The notes under the pieces: generated by a model
Database searches by the model: none
The model's input: the letters and a program-made list of their open reading frames with translations, nothing else
Told to the model about the DNA's origin: nothing
Translations under genes and position numbers: made by a program
In this document: positions 9,081-19,417 of the stretch, piece by piece
How positions within the stretch are numbered: the stretch's first letter is position 1
Layout: every line of letters begins with the position of its first letter
Source: Oscillospiraceae bacterium
Lineage (GTDB): Bacteria; Bacillota; Clostridia; Oscillospirales; UBA929
Length of the DNA: 52,890 bases
Reading direction: 5' to 3'
NCBI GenBank assembly: GCA_031253545.1
Contig: JAIRWH010000036.1
Span: 1 to 52,890, forward strand

Positions 9081-9553
9081 CGGTGCTGGGGATAGACCCG
9101 GGTTTGGCCATTTGCGGATTTGGGTTGTTGGAAACGCGCGGACGCGAAATAGCGCATATCCGCCACGGCGCGATTAGGACAAAACCCGGCGCGGCGCTCA
9201 AAGACAGGTTGCTGACAATATTCGACGACCTCACCGAGCTTATCGCGGCGTTCTCGCCGCACGAAGCGGTGGCGGAGGAGATGTTTTTCGGGAAAAACGC
9301 CAAGACGGGCTTGCCCGTGGCGCACGCGCGCGGGGTGGCGCTGCTCGCGTTGGCAAAAGCGGGGCTGCCCGTGTATGAATACAAACCCGCGCAGATAAAG
9401 CAAGCCGTGGTGGGCTACGGAAAAGCGGAGAAACGGCAAGTTATGGAGATGACGCGCTGCTTGCTGAAACTTCCGAAAATCCCGCGCCCGGACGATGCCG
9501 CCGACGCGCTTGCGGCGGCGATAACACACATCAACATGAGGGGTACGCGGTGA
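9077..9553 (+). CDS. ruvC: Holliday junction resolvase RuvC
   Basis: VLGIDPG, EEMFF, ARGV, IKQAVVGYGKAEK, PDDAADALA. GTG start overlaps the upstream stop. Confidence 0.97.
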   Translation: MTVLGIDPGLAICGFGLLETRGREIAHIRHGAIRTKPGAALKDRLLTIFDDLTELIAAFSPHEAVAEEMFFGKNAKTGLPVAHARGVALLALAKAGLPVYEYKPAQIKQAVVGYGKAEKRQVMEMTRCLLKLPKIPRPDDAADALAAAITHINMRGTR

Positions 9554-10156
9554 ATGTTTTATTACATATCGGGCAATGTTGAGCTTATCGAAAAAGGGTT
9601 GGCGGTGGTTGACGCAGGCGGTGTCGGCTACGCGCTCAACGCGCCGCTTTCCACCTTGGCGAAAATAAAGAAGGGCGAAAAGGCGCGCTTATATACCTAT
9701 ATGCACATACGCGAAGACGCGGCGGAGCTGTACGGTTTCCTCACGCTTGCCGAACTGACGGCGTTTCGTCAGCTTTTGAGCGTGTCGGGCGTGGGGCCGA
9801 GGGTGGCGCTGGGGCTGCTTTCCGTGCTTTCCTCGGAAAAGCTCGCTCTCGCCTTGCTGCAAGGCGATGAAAAAGCGTTGACGCAAGCGCCGGGCGTGGG
9901 TAAAAAACTGGCGCAGCGTATGATATTGGAGCTGAAAGATAAGCTCGGAGCCTCGGACATGGGCGGCCTTTCGCGGCAAGGCGCGCCCGGCGCGGCAACG
10001 GGGGGCGGCAAATTGGCCGAAGCCCACGCCGCCCTGCTCGTGCTCGGCTATTCGCCGGCGGAGGCCGCGTCCGCGTTGCAAGGCGCGGACGAGGAGGGAC
10101 TGCCGCTTGAAGAGATTGTGCGCGCGGCGCTGAAAAAGGCATCCGGCTTGCGGTAA
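9554..10156 (+). CDS. ruvA: Holliday junction branch migration protein RuvA
   Basis: GVGY, LYGF, VSGVGPR, PGVGKKLAQRMILELKDK, ALLVLGY. Confidence 0.97.
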   Translation: MFYYISGNVELIEKGLAVVDAGGVGYALNAPLSTLAKIKKGEKARLYTYMHIREDAAELYGFLTLAELTAFRQLLSVSGVGPRVALGLLSVLSSEKLALALLQGDEKALTQAPGVGKKLAQRMILELKDKLGASDMGGLSRQGAPGAATGGGKLAEAHAALLVLGYSPAEAASALQGADEEGLPLEEIVRAALKKASGLR

Positions 10157-10252
10157 TGCCGCGGGGGCCTGCGCCGCGAGACTCCCTCCCGCCGGGGCGG
10201 AGAGGGGCGAAACTCCCCGTTTGTAATATCCAAAGCAACGACAGAAGGAGGT

Positions 10253-11332
10253 ATGCCTATGGCCATTGATTTTGACGACCCGATAATCGAGTACGCCGGC
10301 ACCGAGGACGAGGAGCGCCTTGTGGCAAAGCAACTTCTGCGCTCGGACGCTTCGGAGAATACGTTGCGCCCCAAGACGCTGGCGGAGTACACCGGGCAGG
10401 AAAAGAACAAGGAGAACTTGTCCGTATTTATAAAAGCGGCCCGCATGAGAAACGAGGCGCTCGACCATGTGTTGCTTTACGGCCCGCCGGGTTTGGGGAA
10501 AACCACGCTGGCGAGCGTGATTGCCAACGAAATGGGCGTGAATATCCGCATGACCACCGGGCCTATCTTGGAAAAACCCGGCGACCTCGTGTCGCTCCTG
10601 ACCAACTTAGACGACCAAGAGGTTTTGTTTATAGACGAGATTCACAGGTTGAACGCGAATGTGCAGGAGATACTCTACCCGGCGATGGAAGATTACAGGA
10701 TTGACCTGATTATCGGCAAAGGGCCGGGCGCGCGGGTGTTGCCGCTGCCGCTGAAACGCTTTTCGCTCATCGGGGCGACCACCCGTTCCGGGCAGCTGAA
10801 AAAGCCCCTGCGCGACCGATTCGGCATACAAATGCTCTTGGAGCTCTATACGCCGGAAGAGCTGGCGCGTATAGTAAAACGGAGCGCGGATATACTCGCC
10901 GTGCCCATAGACGGCGACGGCGCGCTCGAAATAGCCTCGCGTTCGCGCGGGACGCCGCGCGTGGCAAACAGGATATTAAAGCGCGTGCGCGATTTCGCGC
11001 AAGCCAAGGCCGACGGCGGCATAACGCGCGAGGTGGCCGATATGGCCATGAACTTTTTGGATATTGATAAGCTGGGTTTAGATACCACCGACAGGCGACT
11101 GATGACATCCATAATCCGCAATTTCGGCGGGGGGCCGGTGGGGCTTGAGACGTTGGCCGCCACCGTGGGCGAAGAGGCGATTACGCTTGAAGACGTATGC
11201 GAGCCGTATCTCATGCAGCAAGGGTTTCTGACCCGCACACCGCGGGGCCGTTGCGTCACGGAAAGGGCGTATAGACACTTGGGTCTGCCTTTCTCCGCCG
11301 CCGGGCAGATGAACTTTTCGGACGTTGAGTAG
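10253..11332 (+). CDS. ruvB: Holliday junction helicase RuvB
   Basis: [45 protein letters not shown]. Confidence 0.98.
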   Translation: MPMAIDFDDPIIEYAGTEDEERLVAKQLLRSDASENTLRPKTLAEYTGQEKNKENLSVFIKAARMRNEALDHVLLYGPPGLGKTTLASVIANEMGVNIRMTTGPILEKPGDLVSLLTNLDDQEVLFIDEIHRLNANVQEILYPAMEDYRIDLIIGKGPGARVLPLPLKRFSLIGATTRSGQLKKPLRDRFGIQMLLELYTPEELARIVKRSADILAVPIDGDGALEIASRSRGTPRVANRILKRVRDFAQAKADGGITREVADMAMNFLDIDKLGLDTTDRRLMTSIIRNFGGGPVGLETLAATVGEEAITLEDVCEPYLMQQGFLTRTPRGRCVTERAYRHLGLPFSAAGQMNFSDVE

Positions 11333-11362
11333 ACGGCGGCAAGGGAAAGGGCGCGCGATATA

Positions 11363-12703
11363 ATGGGGAAGTATTTCGGCACAGACGGCGTGAGGGGTAT
11401 CGCCAACGAAGGCTTGGACCCGGAACTCGCTTTCAGGCTCGGTCACGCGGCGGCGACCGCGCTGACAGACGAGGCGGGCGGCCGGCAAGACATTATCATT
11501 GGAAAAGACACGCGCATATCGTCCGATATGCTGGAAGCCGCGCTTGCCGCGGGTGTGGCGTCCGCCGGAGCGCGCGCCGTGCTGCTCGGTGTGGCGCCCA
11601 CTCCGGCCGTGGCGTTCGCCGCGAAGGAAAACGGCGCGGCGGGCATTGTCATCAGCGCCTCGCACAATCCGTATGAATATAACGGCATCAAGATTATAGA
11701 CAGGCAGGGTTACAAATTGCCGGACAAAACCGAGGAACGCGTGGAGGCGCTCATGGGGGAAACTCCCGCCTTAAAGAAAGGCCGCGAAATCGGCGGCATT
11801 GTACGCGACACGGCGCTCCTTGACGCTTATTGCGATTCGCTGTTGCGCGCGGCGGACGGCGGCAAGTATTCGGGGCTTTCCGCGGTATTCGACTGCGCCA
11901 ACGGCGCCGCCTGCGCCACGGCCGAGCGCGTATTCGGGAAAATAGGGTTAAAGCGGCGCGGATTTATCAACACGGCGCCCGACGGAGCGAATATCAACAA
12001 TCGCTGCGGTTCCACCAACCGCGCCGCCTTGTGCGAGGCGGTGCTCGCAGGGGGGTACGACGTTGGGCTTGCCTTCGACGGCGATGCCGACCGATGCCTT
12101 GCCGCAGACGAGGGCGGCGCGCCAATGGACGGCGACGCTATGCTCGCGCTGCTCGCGCTCGGAGAGCGGAAGGCCGGCCTCTTGGAGCGCGACACCTTGG
12201 TTACCACAATCATGAGCAACTTCGGGCTTTATGAATGGGGAAAGCGCGAGGGCGCGGTAATCAAGACGGTGAAAGTGGGAGACCGCTATGTGCTTGAAGA
12301 AATGCTCGCCGGCGGCTATTCCGTGGGCGGGGAAAACTCCGGCCATGTAATCTTCCTCAAATACGCCACTACAGGCGACGGTCAGCTCACGGCGCTGAAA
12401 CTGCTCTCGCTGCTCGGAGAAAGCGGCGCTGCCGCCTCGGTTTTGGCAAAGACGGTGAGCATTTACCCGCAAGTCTTGATAAACGTGGCGGTGACCCCGC
12501 GCGCAAAAGAACGCTGGGAATCCGACGCGCGTGTGCGCGAGGAAATCGGCAAGGCCGAAGCCGCCCTGCGCGGGCACGGGCGTGTGCTCGTGCGGGCTTC
12601 CGGCACGGAAAACCTTGTGAGGGTAATGCTCGAAGGCAAAGAACAGGCGACCGTCGAGAGCCTGGCGCGAAACATCGCGTCCGGCATCGAGGTTTTGTGT
12701 TGA
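11363..12703 (+). CDS. glmM: Phosphoglucosamine mutase
   Basis: YFGTDGVRG, ISASHNP, FDGDADR, GGENSGH, RASGTE. Confidence 0.95.
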   Translation: MGKYFGTDGVRGIANEGLDPELAFRLGHAAATALTDEAGGRQDIIIGKDTRISSDMLEAALAAGVASAGARAVLLGVAPTPAVAFAAKENGAAGIVISASHNPYEYNGIKIIDRQGYKLPDKTEERVEALMGETPALKKGREIGGIVRDTALLDAYCDSLLRAADGGKYSGLSAVFDCANGAACATAERVFGKIGLKRRGFINTAPDGANINNRCGSTNRAALCEAVLAGGYDVGLAFDGDADRCLAADEGGAPMDGDAMLALLALGERKAGLLERDTLVTTIMSNFGLYEWGKREGAVIKTVKVGDRYVLEEMLAGGYSVGGENSGHVIFLKYATTGDGQLTALKLLSLLGESGAAASVLAKTVSIYPQVLINVAVTPRAKERWESDARVREEIGKAEAALRGHGRVLVRASGTENLVRVMLEGKEQATVESLARNIASGIEVLC

Positions 12704-12713
12704 GCGGCGGCGC

Positions 12714-13163
12714 TCAGTAGACGAGTTTGATGTGTATCAGCGAACCGGCGCACTCTAACGCCGCGTCAAACACACTGACCCGTTGTTTGGCAAACAAAGA
12801 CATGCCGTCGCCCTTTATCACAAGGGGCGTGGTGAGCGAGAAGGCGTAATCGGAGCCGCCGAGCCGCAGTTTCGCGCTCCCGGCGGTCATGTTGACAATC
12901 TCGCAGGCCGTATCCGTTATATCCGCGTCCGTCACATCGTCCGCGCCGGTCATGAGGGTGTAAACCTCGCGCATGGCGGCTTCGCTTGCGTGAATGAGCA
13001 GCAGGCCGTGTTTTTGCCCGGCAAGGGTCATCATGCCGGCCACGGCGCAAAGGGTTTCGCCGGGACGGACGGACACGGGGTGGTACTGCGCCCCGGTGCT
13101 CACGGCGAGTACCTCGGCAAGGGCATCGGAGAAGATGCCGCAAAGTTCCGGCGGTGCGCTCAT
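12714..13163 (-). CDS. cheX: CheX-family phosphatase
   Basis: D..CEIVNMTAG (ExxN) and FSLTTP..IKG. Last gene of the che operon. Confidence 0.85.
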   Translation of the reverse strand: MSAPPELCGIFSDALAEVLAVSTGAQYHPVSVRPGETLCAVAGMMTLAGQKHGLLLIHASEAAMREVYTLMTGADDVTDADITDTACEIVNMTAGSAKLRLGGSDYAFSLTTPLVIKGDGMSLFAKQRVSVFDAALECAGSLIHIKLVY

Positions 13164-13537
13164 ACAGAGCCGCCTCCTATACACTCCAAGATTTTTGATT
13201 CGAGCTCTTCCACGCTGAAGGGCTTTGTGAGGTAATTGCCCGCCCCGGCTTTCACGGCGGCCACAATGCTGGTCTTTTGACCTTCGGTGGTGACCATCAT
13301 CACGGGTATATGCCTGTATTTTTCGTCGGCTTTTAGGGCGACAAGCACATCGTAGCCGCTCATCTCGGGCATATTCCAGTCAAGCAGCACCAAGTCTATG
13401 CTCTCGTATGACTCGGTCACTTTCTCCAAGGCCTCCACCCCGTCGCACGCCTCGATTGACTCCATGTGAAGCACGTCGGCGGCGGCCTTGATGATTTTCC
13501 TGATGGCGGACGAGTCGTCAACTATGAGCAGTTTCAT
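13160..13537 (-). CDS. cheY: Single-domain response regulator CheY
   Basis: MKLLIVDDS, LLDWNMP, MVTTEG, YLTKPF. ATG 13537 follows a GGAG RBS. Confidence 0.92.
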   Translation of the reverse strand: MKLLIVDDSSAIRKIIKAAADVLHMESIEACDGVEALEKVTESYESIDLVLLDWNMPEMSGYDVLVALKADEKYRHIPVMMVTTEGQKTSIVAAVKAGAGNYLTKPFSVEELESKILECIGGGSV

Positions 13538-14423
13538 TGCCTTGCTCCTCTCCGGGCGCGCGCCCCTTTTTTGTGTAGTAGGTGAGGTTTTCATGGTGGC
13601 GGGTGTCGTAGCCTTCGTCGAAAAGACCGATAAACACATAGTTGCCCGTGAGCAGTATTCCGGTATCCGCGAGCGCGCCGCGCAGGTTGGCGAGCACTTT
13701 TTTCTTTGTGTCGTCGTTGAAGTAGATGAGCACATAGCGGCAGAAGATGATGTCGAAAGGACCGAGGGCGCGGCAGGTGTCGAGCAGGTTGAAACGGCTG
13801 AATGTGACGGCGTCGCGGATAAGGGGGTCAATGTCGAACGCGGAGTCGCTTTGGGTGAAGTATTTGTTTTTGTAATAGTCGCTCAGGCCGCGCCTTATGC
13901 CGATTCTGTCGTACCTGCCTTTCCGCGCGATGCCGAGCACACGCTCGCATATATCCGTGGCGACGAACTCAAAGCGCGAGAGGTCAACGCCGCGGGCCTT
14001 GTGGGTTGAGAGGTAATCGTGTACGCACATGACGGCGGAATATATCTCCTGACCCGTGGAGGCCGCCGCGCTCCAGATTCTCACGCGCTTTTTCGCGCCG
14101 GACGCCAATTGCTCCGTGAACTTCGGCAGCAGCTTGTTTTTCAGAAAGACCCACGGCGCTTCGTCTCGGAACCACAGCGTCTCGTTGGTGGTAATGGCGT
14201 CAATGACCTTCTGGCGCAATATAGGGGACGCGCGGCTTTTCAGTATGGCGTAAAGCTCCTCCAAGCTGCCCGCGCCCGCTTCGAGCATCAGCCGCGAGAG
14301 CCTGGTCTCAAACAGATAGGACTTTTCCGGGGGCACAAAAACGCCGCATATGTCCATGACATAGTCGCGGAGAAGCATATATTCGCGGCTGTCAATCTGA
14401 CTGCCGGTTTGCAGGGTATCCAT
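13518..14423 (-). CDS. cheR: Chemotaxis methyltransferase CheR
   Basis: ITTNETLWFRD, RIWSAAASTGQE, ATDI, FDIIFCRYVLIYF. Confidence 0.93.
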   Translation of the reverse strand: MDTLQTGSQIDSREYMLLRDYVMDICGVFVPPEKSYLFETRLSRLMLEAGAGSLEELYAILKSRASPILRQKVIDAITTNETLWFRDEAPWVFLKNKLLPKFTEQLASGAKKRVRIWSAAASTGQEIYSAVMCVHDYLSTHKARGVDLSRFEFVATDICERVLGIARKGRYDRIGIRRGLSDYYKNKYFTQSDSAFDIDPLIRDAVTFSRFNLLDTCRALGPFDIIFCRYVLIYFNDDTKKKVLANLRGALADTGILLTGNYVFIGLFDEGYDTRHHENLTYYTKKGRAPGEEQGNETAHS

Positions 14424-14427
14424 AAGC

Positions 14428-15477
14428 CTACACCACCATGTCAAACAGTTTTTCAATCTCCGGGGGTATATCGTGCAACGCGAGGATTTTATCCACACAT
14501 CCGCTCTCCACGGCGGCGCGGGGCATGCCGTATACCACGCACGTTTCTTCGTTTTGGGCGAAACAGACGCAGTTGCATTTTTGTTTGAGCGCGCCCAGCC
14601 CTCTCGCGCCGTCCGAACCCATGCCCGTGAGTATGACGGTTAGGATACCGGCCTTGCCGAGGGATTCGGAAACGGACTCAAAGAGCGTATCGGCGGCGGG
14701 GCGAACTCCGTTTTTCGGCGGAGAGCCGTCTAATAATATCTTCCCGCCCGGCTCGAGCAGCATATGCACATTACCCGGAGCCATATATACGGTGCCCGCG
14801 GAGATACTCTCCCCGTTTTCCGCCACCTTCACCCTGAGCGCGGACTTTTGGTTCAGGTGCCCGGCGAGGGTGCCCGTGAAGTAGTGGGGTATATGCTGGA
14901 CAAGCAGAATCGGCGCGGGTAAATCGGCGCTCATGCGGGAAAAAATGGCTTCAAGAGCCACCGGGCCGCCTGTGGAGGAAGCGATTAGGATAAGGTCGGG
15001 GTTATGCAAGGTCTTTTTCCTGTGGGCTTTTTGCCAATGGCCGTCTTGCCGGGCAGGCCGGCGGGAGCGGGAAAACGGTTCTTTGAGTATATCGAGCATT
15101 TTGCCCTTGATGAGGTCCACGTTGCCCGAATAGCTCTCATAGATGGGTTTGATAATACATTCCGACGCGCCGAGCGCGAGCGCCTCGGCGCAAAGGCGGC
15201 TGTTTGTGGGCGAGGGACGCGCGGTGACAAGCGCGTGCGAATGGGGCATGACGCGCTTGCACTCGGAAATGAGGGCGTGTAAGCCCGGAGGGGAGATTTC
15301 CGCGTCAATGAGAACGATGTCATAATTGCGCCGCCGCATAAAAGCCCGCGCTTCCTCTCCCGAAGAAACAAGGTCGAGCACGGCCGAACCGCCAAGCTCG
15401 TACATGGCTTTGGCAAAAATCTTCTTGTAGATGACGGAACCGTCGGCAAGCAGTATCCTCAAATGGGAGAGGTCTAT
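14428..15477 (-). CDS. cheB: Chemotaxis methylesterase CheB with an atypical receiver domain
   Basis: Catalytic triad motifs SSTGGP, VQHIP and LTGMGSDG, plus VYGMP. The start is uncertain (ATA 15477 or TTG 15462); the ORF-track extension overlaps cheW. Confidence 0.9.
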   Translation of the reverse strand: MDLSHLRILLADGSVIYKKIFAKAMYELGGSAVLDLVSSGEEARAFMRRRNYDIVLIDAEISPPGLHALISECKRVMPHSHALVTARPSPTNSRLCAEALALGASECIIKPIYESYSGNVDLIKGKMLDILKEPFSRSRRPARQDGHWQKAHRKKTLHNPDLILIASSTGGPVALEAIFSRMSADLPAPILLVQHIPHYFTGTLAGHLNQKSALRVKVAENGESISAGTVYMAPGNVHMLLEPGGKILLDGSPPKNGVRPAADTLFESVSESLGKAGILTVILTGMGSDGARGLGALKQKCNCVCFAQNEETCVVYGMPRAAVESGCVDKILALHDIPPEIEKLFDMVV

Positions 15478-15512
15478 GTCAATACCCCCCGTTGTGTGGC
15501 GCCGGTGCCGCG

Positions 15513-15941
15513 CTAAGAGGTGAAGCGGGCAATAATGGCGCGTATGTCGAGAATCCTGTAAAGTTTTGAGCCGTGCTCGGCGATACCGCCGATAATACCG
15601 CCTCCCGCCAATTCCGCTTCGGGAGGCAAGGGTTGCACGGAACCCGGGTCTACTATCTCGCAAGCCGCGCTGATGAGCAGACCCATTTGGTCGCCGCTCT
15701 CGGTAATATCCTTGAAGACAACCGCGTCGGAAACCGCGCCGGGTTGTTCGCGGCAGGCGCGGCCGAGGAGGGCATCCATGTCGAGGAGCGTGACCACTTT
15801 GCCCCTGATGTTGACAATGCCGGCTATGGTGCTGTCCGCGGCGCGCACGGGTGTCGGCTCCAATCGGCGCATTACCGCCTGCACACACTCAATATCGGCG
15901 GCGTAAAGCTCGCCCGCGGCCACAAAACTCAGCACTCTCAT
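15513..15941 (-). CDS. cheW: CheW adaptor
   Basis: VLSF..GELYA..V..V, PVRAA..IAGIVNIRGKVVTLLDM, ILD. Confidence 0.9.
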   Translation of the reverse strand: MRVLSFVAAGELYAADIECVQAVMRRLEPTPVRAADSTIAGIVNIRGKVVTLLDMDALLGRACREQPGAVSDAVVFKDITESGDQMGLLISAACEIVDPGSVQPLPPEAELAGGGIIGGIAEHGSKLYRILDIRAIIARFTS

Positions 15942-18424
15942 ATTCCGGCCGCCTTTTCCGCTATGGCGCGGCTGTCTAAAAAGACGAGCACTTTTTCGCG
16001 GTATACACCCGTGCCGAGCACAAAGTCGCCCTTGAGCCTGTCCGTTTCAACATGGAAACTGTCGGTCACGAGGTCAAGCACCTTGGAGGAAAGAAAACCC
16101 AATGGCGCGGAAGAATGGTTCACCGTGATGAGATAGAGTTTTTCCGCGTTATGCGCGCGTTTTTGCACGGGCGCGTAGTTTTCCGGCCGCACAACGCGAA
16201 TGGTTTTGCCGCCGACGTTCACATATCGGGCTTTGCCGATTTGCTGAATGTCGCGGGGGGAGATGACCTCGATACGCGAGATATTCTCGGCCCAAAGCGC
16301 GTAATACTCCGCGCCGGAACACTTGAATATGAGCGCTTGCCTGCCGTGCCCGCCGTCGCCGTCCCCTTCCGCGCTCACGGCGGGCGCTTCCTGCGCGAAA
16401 GCATCAAGAGACATGAGGCGAGCTATGCCCTCGGCATCGAGTATGGTAATGGCTCTGCCGTCTCCGAGCACAGTGACTCCGCTGTATATGGGGCAATCCT
16501 TGAAAAAAAACGGAAGCGGCTTGATGAGTGTGCGGATTGTTTCCAACACACTGTCCGCCACAAGGGCGAATGTCCTGCCGGAGGCCTTGAGCACCACGCA
16601 TTTGCAGGTATCGGGAACCGCAAGATACGGAGCGGGCCGCGAGAGAGCTGCGGCGGCTATGCCCTCCACGGTAAAAGCGGGAATAATGCCGCCGTCGAAG
16701 CTGAGCACAAGCGAACCGTTGAGCGTGTCAAGGCGGTGGGAGTGGCTGCCCGGGCGCACAATGCGCTCGACAGCCGTTTCGGGGACGGCATAGCGTATGC
16801 CGTTTGCGGCAACAATAAGAGCGCCGATAACAGACAGCGAGAGCGGCGTTTGCAATCGCATTGTCGTGCCCGTTCCGGGGAAAGAGGAAATATCCGCCCG
16901 GCCGCCGAGCCTTTCGATGTTTGTCTTTACGATGTCCATGCCCACTCCGCGCCCGGAAAGATTGGTCACGCGGGTAGCCGTGGAGATACCGGGTTCGAAT
17001 ATAAGCCTTGCGCTTTCCTCGTCCGACATGGTGTCGAGCTTTTCTTGGGTGATGATGCCGGCGGCAAGGGCTTTCTTTCGGAGCGCGGAGACATCTATGC
17101 CGGCGCCGTCGTCGGAGATTTCCATCACGGCAAACCCGTCGCGCATGAGGGCGGAAAGGGTAATCGTGCCTTTCTCGCTCTTACCGAGAGCCTTGCGGCG
17201 GGCAGGCGGCTCTATGCCGTGGTCCACGGAGTTTTTCACGATTTGCGTAATGGGGTCGGCGAGGGCGTCGAGCAGGTATTTGTCTAACATAACATCGTCG
17301 CCGACTATCTCGACCTGTACGTCCTTACCGAGGGATTTCGCCGTGTCGCGCACAATGCGCGGGAACTTGCCGAAGAGTGTGCCCACAGGTTGCATACGGG
17401 TCTGCATAACCTTTTCCTGCATCTCGTTTGTGAGTCTGGCCACATCGTGGAGTATGGGAGCAAGGCCGGCAATATGCCGCGCGTTTTCCGCCACGGAGGA
17501 GAAAAGGCGGTTGCGGGTAAGTATCATTTCATTGGCAAGGTCCATAAGCCCGTTGATGGTCGAAATGCCGAGCCTGAGCGAAAAGTCACGCTCCGCGGGG
17601 GCAATATTGGCGGCGGGCTGCTCCGGGCGCTCCGGCTTGGCTTCACCCTCGTGGAATGTCTCTTTGGGGATATGGCGTATAAACTTCTTGTCAATCTCGA
17701 TGGCAATGGAGAAGAGCTCGTGCTCCAATACGCTGGCCGAGCAGAACTCCAGCGTGGCGGTGTCGAGCGCGGTAAGGGCTTTCACAAGCTGCTCGGCGGG
17801 TCTTTCGCGCACATCCGTAATATTGCCGTCAACGGCGAGGGCCGCTATGGTGCCCACAGAGAGGATATTGGCGATTATGCCCTCCGGGTGCTTATAGTAT
17901 TTGCCGAGGCTGCGGTCGTAGCCAACGCGTATGTAGTAGAGCTTGTGGCCGAAACGGGCGGCGTCTTTGAGGGATTGCACCACTTCCGGGGAAACAAGGC
18001 CGGGTGTCATAGCCTGTTCGCCGTCTTTCGGTTGCGGCGCGGGTTTTGCGGAATAATCGCGAAAGAGTGCCAACACGCCGTCAATGTCCACGGCATCGTC
18101 GTTGGTGAGGTTGTCAACCAAGACGCGCAGGCAATCCACACCCGCCAACACGGCATCGGTAAGTTCGTCGCTGAGCCTCAAGCGGCCTTCTTTAAGCTGC
18201 GAGAACACATTTTCCAATTCGTGCGCCACAGCCACAATCTTTTTAAGCGAGAAGAAGCCTGCCGTGCCTTTCAGGCTGTGCACGGCGCGAAAGACCGTGT
18301 TTACAAAGCCGGGGGTGGCGGTCGGGGCGGCGGGGTCGAGGAAGGCCGCCTCGATTTTCTCGATATGAGCCTTGGCTTCCGACTCAAAATCGTCGAGGAA
18401 GAGGCCCGTGTCAATCTTTTTCAT
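15938..18424 (-). CDS. cheA: CheA histidine kinase with two C-terminal CheW-like domains
   Basis: Hpt FRAVHSLKG, RMQPVG, KNSVDHGIE, DDGAG, SGRGVGMD, then two CheW-like segments. Confidence 0.95.
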   Translation of the reverse strand: MKKIDTGLFLDDFESEAKAHIEKIEAAFLDPAAPTATPGFVNTVFRAVHSLKGTAGFFSLKKIVAVAHELENVFSQLKEGRLRLSDELTDAVLAGVDCLRVLVDNLTNDDAVDIDGVLALFRDYSAKPAPQPKDGEQAMTPGLVSPEVVQSLKDAARFGHKLYYIRVGYDRSLGKYYKHPEGIIANILSVGTIAALAVDGNITDVRERPAEQLVKALTALDTATLEFCSASVLEHELFSIAIEIDKKFIRHIPKETFHEGEAKPERPEQPAANIAPAERDFSLRLGISTINGLMDLANEMILTRNRLFSSVAENARHIAGLAPILHDVARLTNEMQEKVMQTRMQPVGTLFGKFPRIVRDTAKSLGKDVQVEIVGDDVMLDKYLLDALADPITQIVKNSVDHGIEPPARRKALGKSEKGTITLSALMRDGFAVMEISDDGAGIDVSALRKKALAAGIITQEKLDTMSDEESARLIFEPGISTATRVTNLSGRGVGMDIVKTNIERLGGRADISSFPGTGTTMRLQTPLSLSVIGALIVAANGIRYAVPETAVERIVRPGSHSHRLDTLNGSLVLSFDGGIIPAFTVEGIAAAALSRPAPYLAVPDTCKCVVLKASGRTFALVADSVLETIRTLIKPLPFFFKDCPIYSGVTVLGDGRAITILDAEGIARLMSLDAFAQEAPAVSAEGDGDGGHGRQALIFKCSGAEYYALWAENISRIEVISPRDIQQIGKARYVNVGGKTIRVVRPENYAPVQKRAHNAEKLYLITVNHSSAPLGFLSSKVLDLVTDSFHVETDRLKGDFVLGTGVYREKVLVFLDSRAIAEKAAGI

Positions 18425-18446
18425 AGCGCACCCGATAGCAACGTGA

Positions 18447-19319
18447 TTACAGGCAGTGCTCGGATATAATCGCGAGCAGACTGCGGTAATCCATTGGTTT
18501 CTCTATAAAGCCGTTCATGCCGGCTTTCATGAATTGAGCCACCTCGCCTTCGCTGTTGCTCGCCGTAACCGCCACGATGGGCACATCGCGGGCCTGCGGC
18601 GAGCCGAGCGCCCGAATGGCGCGGGTGGCGTCTAAGCCGTCCATGCCGGGCATATGCACGTCCATGAATATCAGGGCGTAGCGGGCGGGGTCGGACGAAA
18701 ACAGGTCAAGCGCACCCTTGCCGTCTTCGGCAAAATCTAATGACAGCCCGGGGATTTCCGAAAGCATGGCGGCAATAAGGTCTCTGTTGAGTTCCACGTC
18801 GTCCGCCACGAGTATGGCTTTGCCCGCGAGCGCGTTTTCGGGCGTGGAGGCGCGGCGGTCGTGGTGGGCGCGGGCGGAATGGCGCTCGTGTTCGGCGGCG
18901 CGGACACGCAACTTTATGCGGTTGACCAAAGCGCCGGATGTGCCCTGCCTGCGGGCGGAGTAATCCGCGGCACCGAGCGCGAAGGCGGCGGTCTCATCGT
19001 CGTCGTTGCCCTTTTCCGCCAGAAAAATGACGGGGATGCCCGCGCTCTTGACGGAATCATGTATTTCCGCGAACACGCCGAACGCGGTTTCCCTGTTAGG
19101 GCTGATGCAGATGAGTACGGCGGACACGCCGGGCACGCGCAAGGCAGACAGGGCGATTGAGCCGGTGGCGGCAATGCTCACGTCGAAGTGGTCCTTGAGC
19201 TCCTGCTTCAATTCGGCCAAAACCAAGGGTTCGTCGCTGACAATGAGGATACTCTGCTTCTTTGCTCTGCCAAACAAGCGCAAATCACCCCCTCCGTGAC
19301 CATGATGCCGAAGACGCAA
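18447..19319 (-). CDS. Two-receiver protein (N-terminal pseudo-receiver, C-terminal canonical receiver)
   Basis: N-terminal ILIVSDE..AVLICIS lacks the phospho-Asp and Lys. C-terminal ILVADD..FMDVHMP..VTA..EKP is canonical. Start uncertain. Confidence 0.8.
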   Translation of the reverse strand: MRLRHHGHGGGDLRLFGRAKKQSILIVSDEPLVLAELKQELKDHFDVSIAATGSIALSALRVPGVSAVLICISPNRETAFGVFAEIHDSVKSAGIPVIFLAEKGNDDDETAAFALGAADYSARRQGTSGALVNRIKLRVRAAEHERHSARAHHDRRASTPENALAGKAILVADDVELNRDLIAAMLSEIPGLSLDFAEDGKGALDLFSSDPARYALIFMDVHMPGMDGLDATRAIRALGSPQARDVPIVAVTASNSEGEVAQFMKAGMNGFIEKPMDYRSLLAIISEHCL

Positions 19320-19417
19320 CGCCCGACAGCCGCGCGGAAACCGCGAAATACATAATTTGCCGCTTTCTTACACTATACCACAGCGGAAGCCCGTTTTGCA
19401 AGGGCTTGCCCGATTTT

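Noticed and set aside
14489-14497. Single TTATCCACA in cheB (another at ~51524)
   Set aside because: Isolated 9-mers inside coding sequence can arise by chance.
16052-17897. Long antisense or alternate-frame ORFs (also 31955..33169, 40853..41962, 41643..42698, 45794..47101)
   Set aside because: These are shadow ORFs of well-supported genes in high-GC DNA and carry no family motifs.
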